64,000 nt of DNA from Daphnia carinata (GCF_022539665.2 NC_081331.1:2542001-2606000); one strand, 5' to 3'. Counted from the stretch's first letter, positions 27,549 to 40,578 are shown. The notes: generated by a model from the sequence alone, not told the origin. Numbers and translations are program-made.

Positions 27549-29809
27549 ATGATGAAAGCCTTGCTCATAGCGTTCCTTCTGATAGGAGCAACCTATTGCC
27601 AAGACTCTGAGCAATCGACACGCCATCCTGATGACAATCTAATTGTTACAAGCACGGGCGCTTCTGATAACAGAGAAGCAAACCAAGAGGATGAACCCAC
27701 TATTTTATTACCAGAGCCAGTTAATGTAGCTCACGCCGTTGGTATTAACGAAGATGGGGCCGGAGAAGGCATAGTCCCTCGTGTCGAAATCGACTTCGAC
27801 GGTGTCCCTGTTGTTCACGGAGTCAGAATGCCCGATGATCCCAGCGACACGAAAACATGGCGTAATGCACGTGTTCTGAACAACGTCCTCATCGAAGGAC
27901 AGCAACAAAGGGCAGACAATAACTCGGCCATCCAAGAGCAACAAGACATGTTCATCTACCGGCCAGCAAGTTCCGTCCGCATCCTCAATGATGACTTCCA
28001 GCCCAGTCAAGCCGATACTTCAGCCTTTACACCTTCGCTACCTTACCCTGCTTTCTACTACCAGAGGTTCTATCAGGACAAGAGTACCGTACAGCCACCG
28101 CTTCCAGATTCTTTGGCTGTTGAGACGGACGAAGAAGATACTTCCAGCAGCCCCAGCGATGCCGTAGAACAAGCGACTGAAGATAGCACTGTTGATGGCC
28201 GTGGATTCAACATAAAAAAGAAGAACACGGGCATCGTCAAAGCCAAGCCAGGATCTACCTACGGCTCTGGTGCTCGGCCAATCAGTTTCTACGTTAAACC
28301 AGAAGAGGCCAAGACGATCCATGATGACCGCAGTCCTTATGAATACGAGCCAGCTCAGCATCAGTCGACTAATTATTACACCAGTGATTACTCTACTCAG
28401 GAATCTATCTCCAAACAAGACATCCAATACTATCAACAGCAATTAGAGCAACAACAACAACAACAATTGCAACAGCAGCTACAAGAAGAGCAGCAAATGA
28501 AACTGAAGCACCAGCAAGAGCAGAAGCAATTGCAATTGCTACAAGAACAACAACTGAAGCTACATCAACAACAACAACTGCAATTGCAACAAGAACAACA
28601 ATATAAACTGCAACAACAACAGCTCCTTCAACAACAACAACAACAAGAACAACTGCAATTAGCTCAGGCTCAACAACAATACCAACAAGAAACGAACCCA
28701 CAACGCACTGGTTACTACCAGCAAAACGGATTTCTACCAGGAAATGTTGTCCCTGCTCCGGCTGATGCCTTCACCATTCAAGAACAGACCTACACCAGCG
28801 GAGGCCAGACTTTCAGTGTACCCATACCTGTACCCAATAATCGATACGCTCAACAGTACGACCGGCCACAGATTGCTCAACAGCAGCCACAATACCAGTA
28901 CAATTTCCAACAATATCCTCCTCAGTTTTCGCAGCAATATTACAAACAACAGCAACAGGTTCAGCAGCCACTCGACTTCCTCGGCTCAAAGTTGAAGGAA
29001 CAGGTTCAGAAAGCTAAAGACAAGCTGCATGGTATTACCGATCCAGTGGTTGATCCGTTAGTAGAGGCTGGTCAAAAGATCTCCTCTAATTTGGGTCTAC
29101 CTGATCGCGTGAGTCAGATCAACGAGAAGGTGGCCACTCCCGGCGTCCTCGTCCCTCTGGCCATGGTCGGTGGAGCCGCTCTGGCCCTCGGCGGCCTCAG
29201 CACGGCCATCCATTTGAGCAATCCTGAAACTAAAAATAATGTCTTCAAGACCCTGAAGATCAACAATTCAACACTGGCTGAACGCATCACGACAGCTTTG
29301 CATCCGCATCTCAACATTTCTAGGGTTACACGTTCCCTCAGCGATGAAGACGAAGGCTATCCAGCTAGTGAATTCGTCAATGAAGAGAAAGAAAATCTTC
29401 TTGACCACGTTCTTTCTGCCCTCAACGGCCCGCAGAAATCCTTCCTGACCCAATTGCAGCGCACTGGATTCGACGAATGGCAGAAAACTCCGTGCGCCAA
29501 GCGAATCTTTTGTGACGTGATGGTTCAGCAGAACGACGACGCCATTAGCCTTATGGAGAAACGCATGTCCACCTTCCTCAGTCTGTGAGTATTCTTCTTA
29601 AGGCTATTTTCGGTTACAATGTCATCAGATATTAGCATCGACCAGCATTTGAATAACATCCCCTTTTTTTTATTTGCAGACTGGACAGCGGTGTGGCACG
29701 CAATTTGCAAGCTTTGACATCTGACGTGATGGATGGAATTCGCCGTAGGAACTGCCGAGCATTTGTTTGTGGCAAAGCCCAACCTGAAATTTTGACTCAA
29801 AAGCAGTGA
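27549..29809 (+). CDS. Secreted Gln-rich protein with C-terminal DM4/DM12-like four-Cys module (cluster gene 1, ~721 aa)
   Basis: Signal peptide MMKALLIAFLLIGATYC, poly-Q region, hydrophobic segment VLVPLAMVGGAALALGGLSTAI, basic site RVTRS, then CAKRIFC. Exon 27549-29584 (CT|gtgagt) joins exon 29680-29809 (ttgcag|A), giving LDSGVARNLQALTSDVMDGIRRRNCRAFVCGKAQPEILTQKQ*. A 5' UTR intron is likely (gtaag donor ~27056, ttacag acceptor 27536). Confidence 0.85.
28430..28690 (+). repeat. CAA/CAG-rich coding low-complexity repeat (poly-Gln interrupted by L/E/K)
   Basis: Runs of caacaacaa encoding QQQQQQLQQQLQEEQQ... inside gene 1. Confidence 0.85.
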
Positions 29810-32251
29810 AATGTCCTCTCCTAAAAAAGGACCGATCTTCACGAAAGAATATCGAAAAAAAAAAGAAAAACCTGCTTCATCACGTTAGCGCCCAATGGCG
29901 TCAGTCTTTCCTCCCTTATTTCCACATCAGCTTCCCGTTCATTTTAAATATGCCTTTCGTTTATAAGTTATTGATGATATAATACTTATTATTGACTAAT
30001 TCTCTATAGTTTGGACTATCATCAACAGCTTAAAGAAACAGCAAACTGTTTTATTATGAATGCCAATCATCGAACTGGATTCGGCTGATTGGCAAATTTG
30101 AAAGAGATCGCTATATATATAGTATAACCCGCTGTTTTGTTTCGTGTACGCCCAACGTTGTTGCATCGACGTCACGCACGCATGTTTTTCTCGTTCGACA
30201 TCCCGACCTTTTATTTTTTAATAATTATTTACTAACGCTATATTTACAACGATCTGGAAAATACAAATGTCCAAATTTTATCTATCGTTGTGGGACTAAA
30301 CGTTACAATGGCTGGCGATGACTTTGTACACTAAGACCTACTCAGTTATAACCTTTGTGGTTTTTGTTACTAGGACAGTCACGATGACGCAGTGATTTCT
30401 ATCGAACGCAGCCGTTAACGTGCCAGGAGAAAGCGTGACGGATGGATGGACTGGAAACACTTGCTCAACTGAGAAAGCGACGCCAAAACGTCCAGTTTTC
30501 TAGCTTAGGTTTTGAGATACCAGACGATTCGTTCCGCCCAGTTTGAAATGCCAAATGATATTTACAAAACTGGCAATAAAATTTTTAAAGAGCTAAATCC
30601 AAATAGATCCAGCTTTAAATAAAAATGCTATTCTAATTTTCAACGATTAAAACGTCATTTTTGTGAATAGGTTGTAATCAAAACGCGCACCGATTTTCTA
30701 CGTGGTTTTTTAAATTTTAGTTGTGACATGAATAAATTATTTGGAAAATAACTCATTAAACATCAATCGGGCAGAAAAATCGTGACTACTTGGATGTTGC
30801 GTCTGGAATGAAGCTAAACAGAATTTAATTGTTCATGCACGAAGTCCATTAAGAATTTGAAACCTGCTCACCCGCATTCCCTTTTGCTGTTTATCAAAAT
30901 TACATGAACAAAAAGAAACAAAAAATCTAGCGGCCAATTTCAACTTTTAAAACGCATTGCGCCACATCGCCCGCGCCATTGAAGCTCAGCGTGAAAATTG
31001 AGATGTGGAACACAAAAGAAAACATTTTTTTTTCGAACGACCATTATAAGTTAATTGTTCTTGTGCATTCCAAAACTATCAAGTGACTAATGGAATTTGG
31101 TTAACCTATGCCACCCGATGTTCATATCGAATAACACTCTTGGAGGTTTTCTTCCGGGAGCGGCCATCTCCTTATGTGGACGGGAAAGCTTCCGCCAGTG
31201 ACGACCTATCGATTCCTTATTTTATTCATCGCAATGGCGATAGTTTTTCCTTAAGGGGTCACTGTATATGCATGGTGAGAGACCGCCCAGAGGTCGCAGC
31301 CACACATCCGACGGCCCTAAGTCACCAATAAAACACCGGTTGTTTTTATCTTGCTGGCCTCCTGTTTCTTATCGGCACCGAACGCCATCAAACATTGTTA
31401 CCCAACGGTCGCCAATTTTTACACCATTCTTACGAATTTGACGACCTCACGTCCCATCTTGAAGATGTATCATGACGGTTGTCTTGTTAAAAGTAAATGA
31501 TAATGGTCCCTTAACGCTATAACCTATAGCTAGCGGCAATGACGATGGCCCGTAGGTCACTGTTTTCTATCAAAACTGCGTGTTGCGTCAAACCCCGCTG
31601 ATGAAACTGCGTGCGCACACCTGCCCCGGTGCCAAAAATGTCTTTTGTTATTTTCTTTTTGTGAGGATGTTACAAGTTTCGAAATTGCGCAAAGTCCGTA
31701 CCTGGCGCGGTCATCGAGCAATCATCCGTTATATTTGACAGCAGCTTAACGAACAGCTATCGCACGTCTACGGTTCATCCAACGGGCTCTATAAATAATT
31801 TACGATTTTAAGCGTAACCAAAATTCCAAAAAAACTGCTGCAGGCGTACATGGTGTCGTTGTCTTTCTTTCTTCACAAGCTCGGAGCAAAAAGATGTTAA
31901 TCCAAGGGAAATTTTTTATTTATTTATTTTTTCCTCCCTTCTTTTTTTTTTCTTCTCTTGGAAATCTTTTCTTTGTGCCGATGGGGAAACTCGGTCAGTG
32001 TGTCTTTGCCTCCCATACGCCAGAATGGAGTTCCTCCTCGTGCCTCATCGGTTTGCGGCCGAGGGGATGGTTCCCGATCGGATATGGCGATTGAATTATG
32101 AATAGGGGTCTGGAGTAGAAATTTTTTCTGTAGATGAAAAAAAAAATGTAGAGAATAAGAAAATGAAAAGAGATGAACAATATTTCAACAGGAAAGGGGC
32201 CACCGTGTGTTATAGACCCCAAAACGGCTTAACCGGACCTTTAACCGATTT

Positions 32252-32273
32252 GTTGACCTACATTTCAAGGCCG
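32252..32273 (-). promoter_or_regulatory. RORE-type element with abutting FTZ-F1-type site upstream of secreted gene 2
   Basis: gttgacctacattt is the reverse complement of AAATGTAGGTCAAC (identical to 26601-26614). It overlaps TCAAGGCCG (32265-32273), which fits the FTZ-F1 consensus YCAAGGYCR. Confidence 0.45.
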
Positions 32274-33491
32274 CTAATGTGCTATCCTTTTATTGTGTCC
32301 GTGTCATTTAGACTTCTTCGTTGAACATCTACTAAACATGCGGGAGCGCCGTACCATGATCGCCATTTTCAATCTTTTTATGGGAGTAGTCCTCTACAAC
32401 ACAACAACCTTTCCTACGATAAAAAATTCAGTTAACAAAGAAGCTGTTTGACCCCATTCTTCTCTCGGTTCGACTGAGGTTATCCCTCTTCCGTTGATGT
32501 TCGTAGGGACTAGGGCCAGCAATTCAGCTTTCCATGTTTCGTACGATGGACGCTTAGAACGTTGCGTACGTGCCTTCACTGTTTGTTGGTATTTTCTCAT
32601 TTACGTTTCCAACTTTCCTTTTACTATACTAATGGGAAAAAATATGATGGCTCTTGCATACCTACATGAGATGCATTAAACAAAAAACAAAACAGGGGTG
32701 CCATCAGGAAATGCCAATCGTACGAACCCTCAGCTTTCATTGACAAGAGAGAGCGGTTAAAGTGTGTTGAGGAAACCAAAACAAAAAGTTGCCAGTTCAC
32801 TTCACAGCTTCACGTGAAGATTGCGATGATTAACGAAAACGAAAATTAACTCGTTATTCACTGACCCATGTCCATAAACAAATAAAAAACAAAACCTGTT
32901 CGTATCGCCTTACAATCCGAAAAGAGAAAGGCAATAGGGCTATCCATCTATTGATAGGATATGTTGGTTTCTCGTTTGGTCTCCACATCATTTTATTTTT
33001 CTCGTTTTTCTTTATATGCTGATTTTGATATCAGCCCCGTGGCACGTCAAGCTTATGGTTTTTTTTTTATTGTTATGAGGTCAACTGGGACAAAAGAAAA
33101 TGTAAACGAGACGGAAAAGAGAGAGAGAGCGGAGGATGCCTCATCATATTTCTCAATCAGAAATGCGTATGAGTTTGCATTCACCAAACGACGAATAAGC
33201 AGTCAAGGAGGAGATTCGAAAGAGAAGCGTGGGTACTCTTCGTCTTCGTGCGAGCCAGTTTGAGGTCAACCCTGGACCCAGTCAGTTGAGCCTCCGGAGA
33301 ACTCTCTCATCTCTCAGTGTCATCGCTAGCAACATCCCACAATCCCTACGTGTTTCATACCTCTCGTACTGTGGCTGTTTTTTTTGTTTCATTAGTTAGC
33401 AGTATCTATTGTTTTCGTGTCAAAGAAATACACTCGAGGGCTGATTATTCAACGGCAAGGTGCACAATTGTGAAACAAGAACGGCCGCATC

Positions 33492-36400
33492 ATGCGGAAG
33501 ACCGGGCATCGCCAGTGGCGGACACGCAACTTTATCCACTTCATAACGGCATTGATAATTCTCATAGCTACTTGTGCTGCGGCAGATCAAACGGATGACG
33601 AATCGCGACTTGTCGTTATCAAGAGAGGCAGAAACGGCGGAAATAAGCGGCCACCCGTAAATCGTAAGCAATCATCACAACAATTGTTGACGCATTCCTT
33701 TTTCGTTTACAAAAGTCCCGACGAAGTTACTCTCGAAAAAGAGAAAACTCAAACGGTTATTCTTGACACAAATTACCTGCCTCCCGTGCAGCAATCATCC
33801 TCAGTTGTTTCTTCACCTTCTGTGGCTCTTCCCGTAAATGAACCCAGTTTGGATTACCTTCCGCCTCAGCCTCCGTCTACGGAAAGTACGACGAAGAAGC
33901 CCACCATATTCTTCCCTCCTCCGGCGAGAAATCCAGAAAGCGATGCATCAAATGTTTCTCTTTTCGATACGACCGATAAACTTGTCGCTTTGGAGCCAAC
34001 TAACGAATCAACGAACAAGGTGAACAGCGCGCCATTGTCGTTATTTGATGACAACATTATTCCCCCGGCAGGTGTAGTCGAAAGGATCGTCGTAAATAAC
34101 AGTAAAAATAAACAGCAAACACAGAAGAACCAATACACTATTCCGAGCCAAGTAGTTAAAGATCCGAGGCCGCCCAGTCCACCAGTTTACGATCGCCAAG
34201 ATGATAGCCTTTTCGATTTGGAATCCAGTTATGAGGATAACAAGCCAGAGCAGAGTCCTAACTTGCCGAGCTCTTCGTATAATCGGCCCACCACTACGAA
34301 AAAACCCAATAGCCCATCGCTGTTTGATTCGTACTCATATGATGATTCAAAGTTCTCTGCACCGGCTGCACCCTCGAGTTTTGAACCATCGCGACCATCG
34401 ATTTTCATTGAGACAAATCCACCAGCAGCACCCGCATATGCTGCAGCTGCACCTCCAGCCGCCCCACCAGCAGGTCCTCCTTCACCTCCAGCGATTTTCG
34501 TTCCATCGAACGGTGATTACAACCAAGTTCATTTGACGTGGGCACAACTTCACGCTAGTTTAACTCCTTCGACCGATGCCGCGAGTTTAGTGTCTTCCAT
34601 TACTAACAGTGGCAATACTTATGTCACCAGTGGTAGCGGATCTGGGCCCGCTCCTCCAGTAGGACCTCCAGCCCCACCTGTTATTGGTCCTCCAGCTCCT
34701 CCAACTCCTATACGGCCACCATCTCCGACCGTTGTCCCAACACGTCCAGGTGGAATTGGTTCAACTATTGGCTCAACAATCGGTTCAACAATAGGTTCCT
34801 TAATTCCAGGTGGCATTGGGTCAGGCATTGGCTCAGCTATCGGTTCAACGATTGGGTCTCTAGTGCCATTCACTCCGCAACCTCCAGCTCCTCCGCTCAC
34901 CTTTGCACCTTCATTGTTTGACGGAAGAACAAATTCTTACGGATCAACATTCGCCACTGCTGGAGCTCCTGCTGCCCAACCGCAATTGTATCAACAAGAG
35001 CAGCAGCAAGAACAACAACAGTCTCCCACTTACGTTCTTTTGCCGGCTAGTCCACCAGCCCCAGCTGGGCCACCTTCAAGTTATAGCCCTTCCTTCGCAA
35101 GTCCACAGCAACAACAAGATCAATTTCCCAGTTACGTTTTTGTACCGGCCAGTGCACCAGTGGGGCCTCCAGCAAGTTACAGCCCATCATTTTCCGATGT
35201 TCAACTGCAACAACAAGAAAAGCTTCCGCGCTACGTTCTTCCACCGGCCAGTCCACCAGCAGACCCGCCATCAAGTTATAGTTCTTCATATTCGAGTCCT
35301 CAACAGCAACAACAGCAGAGTTCGCCAGCTGGACCAACCATCATCATTTACTCGGGATCGTCCTCTTCTCCTAGCCAACAAAGTGACTCAGGATCGCAGT
35401 ACGGTGGACAATCATCATTCAGTAGCCCACCATCTAATCCTCAATCTTACCAAGAATCCTTTAGCGCCCCTCCAGCCAATCCATCGTCCTATCAACAATC
35501 CTTCAGTAGCCCCCCACAACAGTATTTCAGCAATCCCCCTGCAGCTCCTTCTGCTAATCCCCCATCATACCAACAAACTTTCAGCAATCCGCCTGCTCCA
35601 CCTCTAGCCAATCCTCCATCGTACCAGCAATCTTTCAGCAGTCCACCTGCAAATCCGCCATCTTATCAGCAATCCTTCAGTAACCCACCGGCTGCACCTC
35701 CTGCTAATCCTCCATCATACCAGCAGTCATTTAGTAGTCCACCTGCAAATCCTCCATCGTACCAGCAGTCATTTAGTAGTCCACCTGCAAATCCTCCATC
35801 GTACCAGCAGTCATTTAGCAGTCCACCTGCAAATCCTCCGTCATACCAACAAATTTTCAACCCACCGGCTGCAGCTCCTGCCAATCCTCCATCATACCAG
35901 CAATCTTTTAGTAGTCCACCTGCAAATCCTCCATCATACCAACAGACTTTCAGCAATCCACCGGCTGCGCCTCCAGCGAATCCTCCATCATACCAACAGA
36001 CTTTCAGTAACCCCCCGGCTGCACCACCGGCCAATCCTCCATCGTACCAGCAATCTTTTAGCAGTCCACCTGCGAACCCGCCATTTTATCAACAATCCTT
36101 CAGCAATCCACCAGCTGCACCTCCAGCGAGTCCACCATCTTATCAACAACCATTCCTTTCTCCACCGGCAAATCCTCCAGCGAACCCACCTTCGTTTAAT
36201 TACGAATCTTTCAGTCCATCTTTCAATCCTCCGTCTGCCCCTAGTTTCAATCCTCCGTCTGCCCCTAGTTTCAATAACTACGCACCAGCTACTCAGCAAA
36301 CTTTCAATCCTCCAGCGGCTCCTAGTTCAACCAATTACGCTCCGTCTAGCCAACAGTTTTTCAGCCCGCCTCAACCTCAGGCAGCTCCGCAGCCGCCTGC

Positions 36401-39400
36401 ACCTCCACAGCCACCAGCTCCTCCGCAGAGCCTTTTCAATTCTTACGGCGAGCCCATTGGATTGGCTGGAGTGCCAATCCGACCTAGCGCTCAGCAACAA
36501 CAACAACAACTACCCAGCTATGTTCTGTCACCAGCCAGTCCGCCAGCACCGGTAGGTCCTCCGGCAAGTTACAGCTCATCTTTTTCGAGTCCTCCAGCAC
36601 AAACTTTTCAGGATCCTATTCCAGTTTCCAATCCGTCTTATCAAGTGGCTGTATTATCACCACCTTCGGTAACTTACGTTCAACAACAACAACCTGTTAT
36701 TCTCCAACAGCAACAACAGCCTGTTTTTCTCCAACAGCAACAACAACCTATCGTGGTCCAGCAACAACGACCGGTTGTGGTACAACAACAACAGCCCATC
36801 GTTGTCCAGCAGCAGCAGCAAGCGCCCATTCTTGTCCAACAACAGAGACCCGTCTTGGTTCAACAGCAGCCCGTTCTCGTTCAACAACAACCAGTCGTCG
36901 TCCAACAACAAAGGCCGGTCGTTGTCCAGGAACAACAACCCGTCTTCGTTCAGCAGCAACCGCCTGTTCTTCTTCAACAACAACCTGTTGTAGTCCGGCA
37001 ACAACGGCCCATCATCGTGCAGCAACAAGCACCGGTATATGCCCAACAACAACAACAACAATCCTCTTATGATAGTTACCAACCATCTTACCAACAGCCG
37101 GCTTACCAGCCATCGTTCCAGCCATCGTACGAGCCTGCTTATCAGCCCGTTATTCAACAAGTCGCACAGCCAGTTCTTCAACCCGTTGTCCAGACAGCCG
37201 TTCTGCAGCCAGTTCGGGCAGTCTTCGATCCCGTTTACCGTCCAGCTGCGCCCACGCAAGTATTCCGTGTGCCCTTCAAAGCACAGAAGAGCAATAAAGC
37301 TAAGGCAAAGGGTAAAGAAGGCAAAGGCAGAGATAAGTTCAAAAGCAAAGGAAAAGGTCCGTCCAACACGTACGACGCTCCATCCAATAGTTACGGAGCG
37401 CCGCCATCGTATAATTACCAACCATCCGCTCCACCAGTCAATCCTCCAGCACAGGACGAACCAGCATTCGATAGCCTTGTGGAAGTATTGCAGCCGCAGT
37501 TAGACATTCAATACCAGTACAAATATTCTGGACCACCAATTATGGGACGCGGTGAAAAAGCATCCAAGAAGCTCAAGAAACTCTTCTATAAGGGAGCCAT
37601 CCTTTTGGGCGGATTAGGAGCTATTACAGCTGCACCCATCGTTCCTGGAGTCATCGGTGGCAGGAAGAAACGTGAAACTCGACAGCGGGACGATATCCTG
37701 CTACCCAATTTGACTCCTTCAACTGAGATGATGCAAGATTCATACAGTCCCAATCCTAAAATCAAACAGGATTTATTGGCAGCGGAGAAAGTTATTTCCC
37801 ATTCGGATAATAACTCGTCGTTGTTTGACAGCTTGCCGTTCCAGGGAGCTCCCATTCCAAAGAAATTGCGCAAAGAGCTTGCACGTTATCTGCCGCCAGC
37901 TGAAGCCATCAACGACGCAGAGTGCCTTCAGAAATCTTTCTGTGAAAATCTTATCGAACTGAATGACTCACCTTTTCAGGACAGTTTTCTCTTTTTCTAC
38001 GCAGCGTGAGTACCTTTCACACTATATCTACCTAAATTTATTCATTTTTTTCTGGTTTCCCCTGACTGTTATACAAGGCGTTACATGAAAACAAACCCGT
38101 ACTATTCGTCTTGTTTGACACGAGAGCTATGGTGCAAGAATGACTCGCTTAAAGAATCGAATGACATAAGATCAGCATCCCGTTATGCAAGAGAAGTTAA
38201 GTCATCTAGTGCCCTTTTTTGGTATCGGGTGGAGGGCTTGGTTAATCAGGATGGCAGTCAAAGGCTTTCACCTATTTATGGGAGGTGTTTGTCTCTTATT
38301 GGATTATGTAGAGCAGTATAAAAATAGACTCATTGCGACGAAGTAGGTAGTTTTGCAAGGTTTCGAAATGTCTGTTTATTTTTAAAAAATCATCCGTAAC
38401 GTGTTCGATAAAATAACCGGTTGAACTCCAAGTGCCAAGCAGTGTCCGTGTGTGCCCTCGAGGCCAATAGGCGATTAGGTCCTTTTGCAACCAAATGCCG
38501 TCTACAGTGGCTTGTATTTGGTGATGTGTGATATCTGAGTACTACGCGACTTGGTTGTTTAAAGAATAAAACCATAAAGATTATTTTGAAAATGGATTCC
38601 ATCCACCGCGAAAATAGAAGATTAAATCAGCCTATTAGCAGATAGAAGATCGAAATGTTGAATTGGCGAACAAGCGTGTTTTTTCATTGCTTGTATTGAC
38701 ATTGTATTGTATTTACAAACAGCATTGAGTCTATAGGGATAAAAACCTGTTTCGTTTTCGGCAACCAGCTCGTTCCTACGACCAGCAGATGTCTTGAACG
38801 AGCTCAGAGTACTGTTTTTAAAAGAATAATAGTAAAAAAAAACGTAGTCATGCGCAAAAGGCAAACTAAAGTAGGGCTGTTTTTAAGGAATTCCTTTAGC
38901 TTTTTTATCAACGAAGCGCAGGTTTTAATTGTCACATTAGAAGCAAATGGTATTAGAACCCATTGCGCAGCTTTCTTCTTTTCAACCTTTAATAGAAAAA
39001 CACGTTTGTCTGGTATAAAAATAGCCTCTCATTTCTCTTTAAATCGATAAGAAATTCAGGTCAAATATCCACGGTGTCAAGCAAAGTGTACTTTTACATT
39101 TTGATAGTAAACTATACGTCGACAATTGAAGCTTGATACCAAGTTGTCAATGACCCTCTTAACGTCCATTCCCGCATGCAACATTCCTTGTTTTTATCTC
39201 TATCGACTACGCTAATGACAGCAGCTGACTTATACGACGTTCTTAGCCGATAAACAAGCCCCATAAACATCGATCGTGTCCTATTTTTCCTATACGTTTG
39301 ATTCAAGTCTTAACTATGGGATTTAGCATCAATGAGATCGGCAAAACTAGTAATGTGTAGTATGCACGTGTACATCAGCTATAAATATGTCCTCATTTGA

Positions 39401-40578
39401 CTCGAGGCAGTCTTTATTTATTGCCAAACAGCCGTGACGTGATGCAAGTCGTCGACGGCATTCCAACATCGACCCCATGCCCTACAGCAAGTCTATATTT
39501 GTTGTCGCGCTTTTGGTGCCGCATTCGATTGCATTACGACATAGGGTTCTCCGCCTTGTATTCAGCCTGGACTTCGTGAATTTTATTCATTGAAATCAAA
39601 GATGAGTACTGTGTATCTGCGCACATCGCGTGACGAAGTTTCCATACATGCCTTGTCGCGTTATTTATATTTTCTCTACAAAAATAACAAAAACAAAACT
39701 CTTGGTAGAACTTGGAAATGCGTGAAGTCGGACAGCTCGCGCCTTGTTTGCTACTGTGCCAAAGTGATGACGCAGTTGGTTGAAATCACGTAATGGCAGT
39801 ACGACATTTGCTACAATATCGTGCTGTCGTAAAGCAACGCGATTACAGAAACTTCGGGACTGGCTTGCGTTATCTCAGTAGATTGTCCTTGTGAGAAATA
39901 TCGCATGCAACTTACTTCAATATAGCGATCCAAGGTAAAAAAAAAAGCATCAGCGTGTCGTTCTGCCGCTCATAAATCGACTCAATCGGGACTTGTTCTT
40001 GAAGTCTTAGTTGCGTTTCCTTTTGACGGTATTGCAACAGCGATGACACTATTATGTTCCAAAGAATCCAAGTTAAACCGATGGATTTTAGACGGCAATT
40101 TATTGTGCAACCACTATTGACTATTGTTTGATTGTTCTCGTTGAGCAAAAACTTTCTACATGCTATTCAAAAAGTCAGACGTGACTAAAAAGGCGATCGA
40201 TTGAATTGGCAATTCAATTGCCATACATGGTTTATCAGACCCCCTTTGTGGATCTAGAAACATACCAAATCGATATTCAGTTATTTGGGAGAAGGAATTA
40301 ATGTCTCTTCATTTTCTTTCTCAGTTTATATAGGACGTAATCTAATTCTGTCCTTTTTTGTCTTACTGGCTATATTTAGCTTGTCACCTGAAGTGGACAC
40401 GAACCCTTGGTTGCAGCAGTCATTGACCGCTGCCAAGAAACAAAAGTGCAGTGAATTTTATTGCATTAAAAAGACGGAAGTGAATGAAGAGGAAGGTTTG
40501 GATGCTGATGATGACAACACGAGTGGAACAAAATCCGATCAACCTACAGAACCTGAAGGACCGCCATTAACTGCTTAA
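33492..40578 (+). CDS. Large secreted Pro/Gln/Ser-rich repeat protein with C-terminal DM4/DM12-like four-Cys module (cluster gene 2, ~1569 aa)
   Basis: 4.5 kb ORF with signal peptide (FITALIILIATCAAA), several repeat blocks, GRGEKASKKLKKL followed by hydrophobic GAILLGGLGAITAAPIVPGVIGG and RKKR, then CLQKSFC. The donor GC|gtgagt after 38005 is in phase with exon 40380-40578 (tttag|C), giving ALSPEVDTNPWLQQSLTAAKKQKCSEFYC...PPLTA*. A nearer in-frame acceptor (exon 38078-38321) also exists. Confidence 0.85.
35430..36200 (+). repeat. Coding tandem repeat of 14-aa and 18-aa units (PPANPPSYQQSFSS / PPAAPPANPPSYQQTFSN)
   Basis: Roughly 15 copies of NPPSYQQ[ST]FS[SN], as 42-bp and 54-bp DNA units. 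Several adjacent units are nearly identical (aatcctccatcgtaccagcagtcatttagtagtccacctgca). Confidence 0.92.
36675..37065 (+). repeat. Coding repeat P[VI][VIL][VL]QQQ(Q/R)
   Basis: Translation shows repeated PVVVQQQRP / PIVVQQQQ / PVLVQQQ units. Confidence 0.85.

Noticed and set aside
33838..37873. Alternative-frame and antisense ORFs within gene 2 (e.g. CWYDGGFAGG repeats)
   Set aside because: By-products of the repetitive sense ORF.
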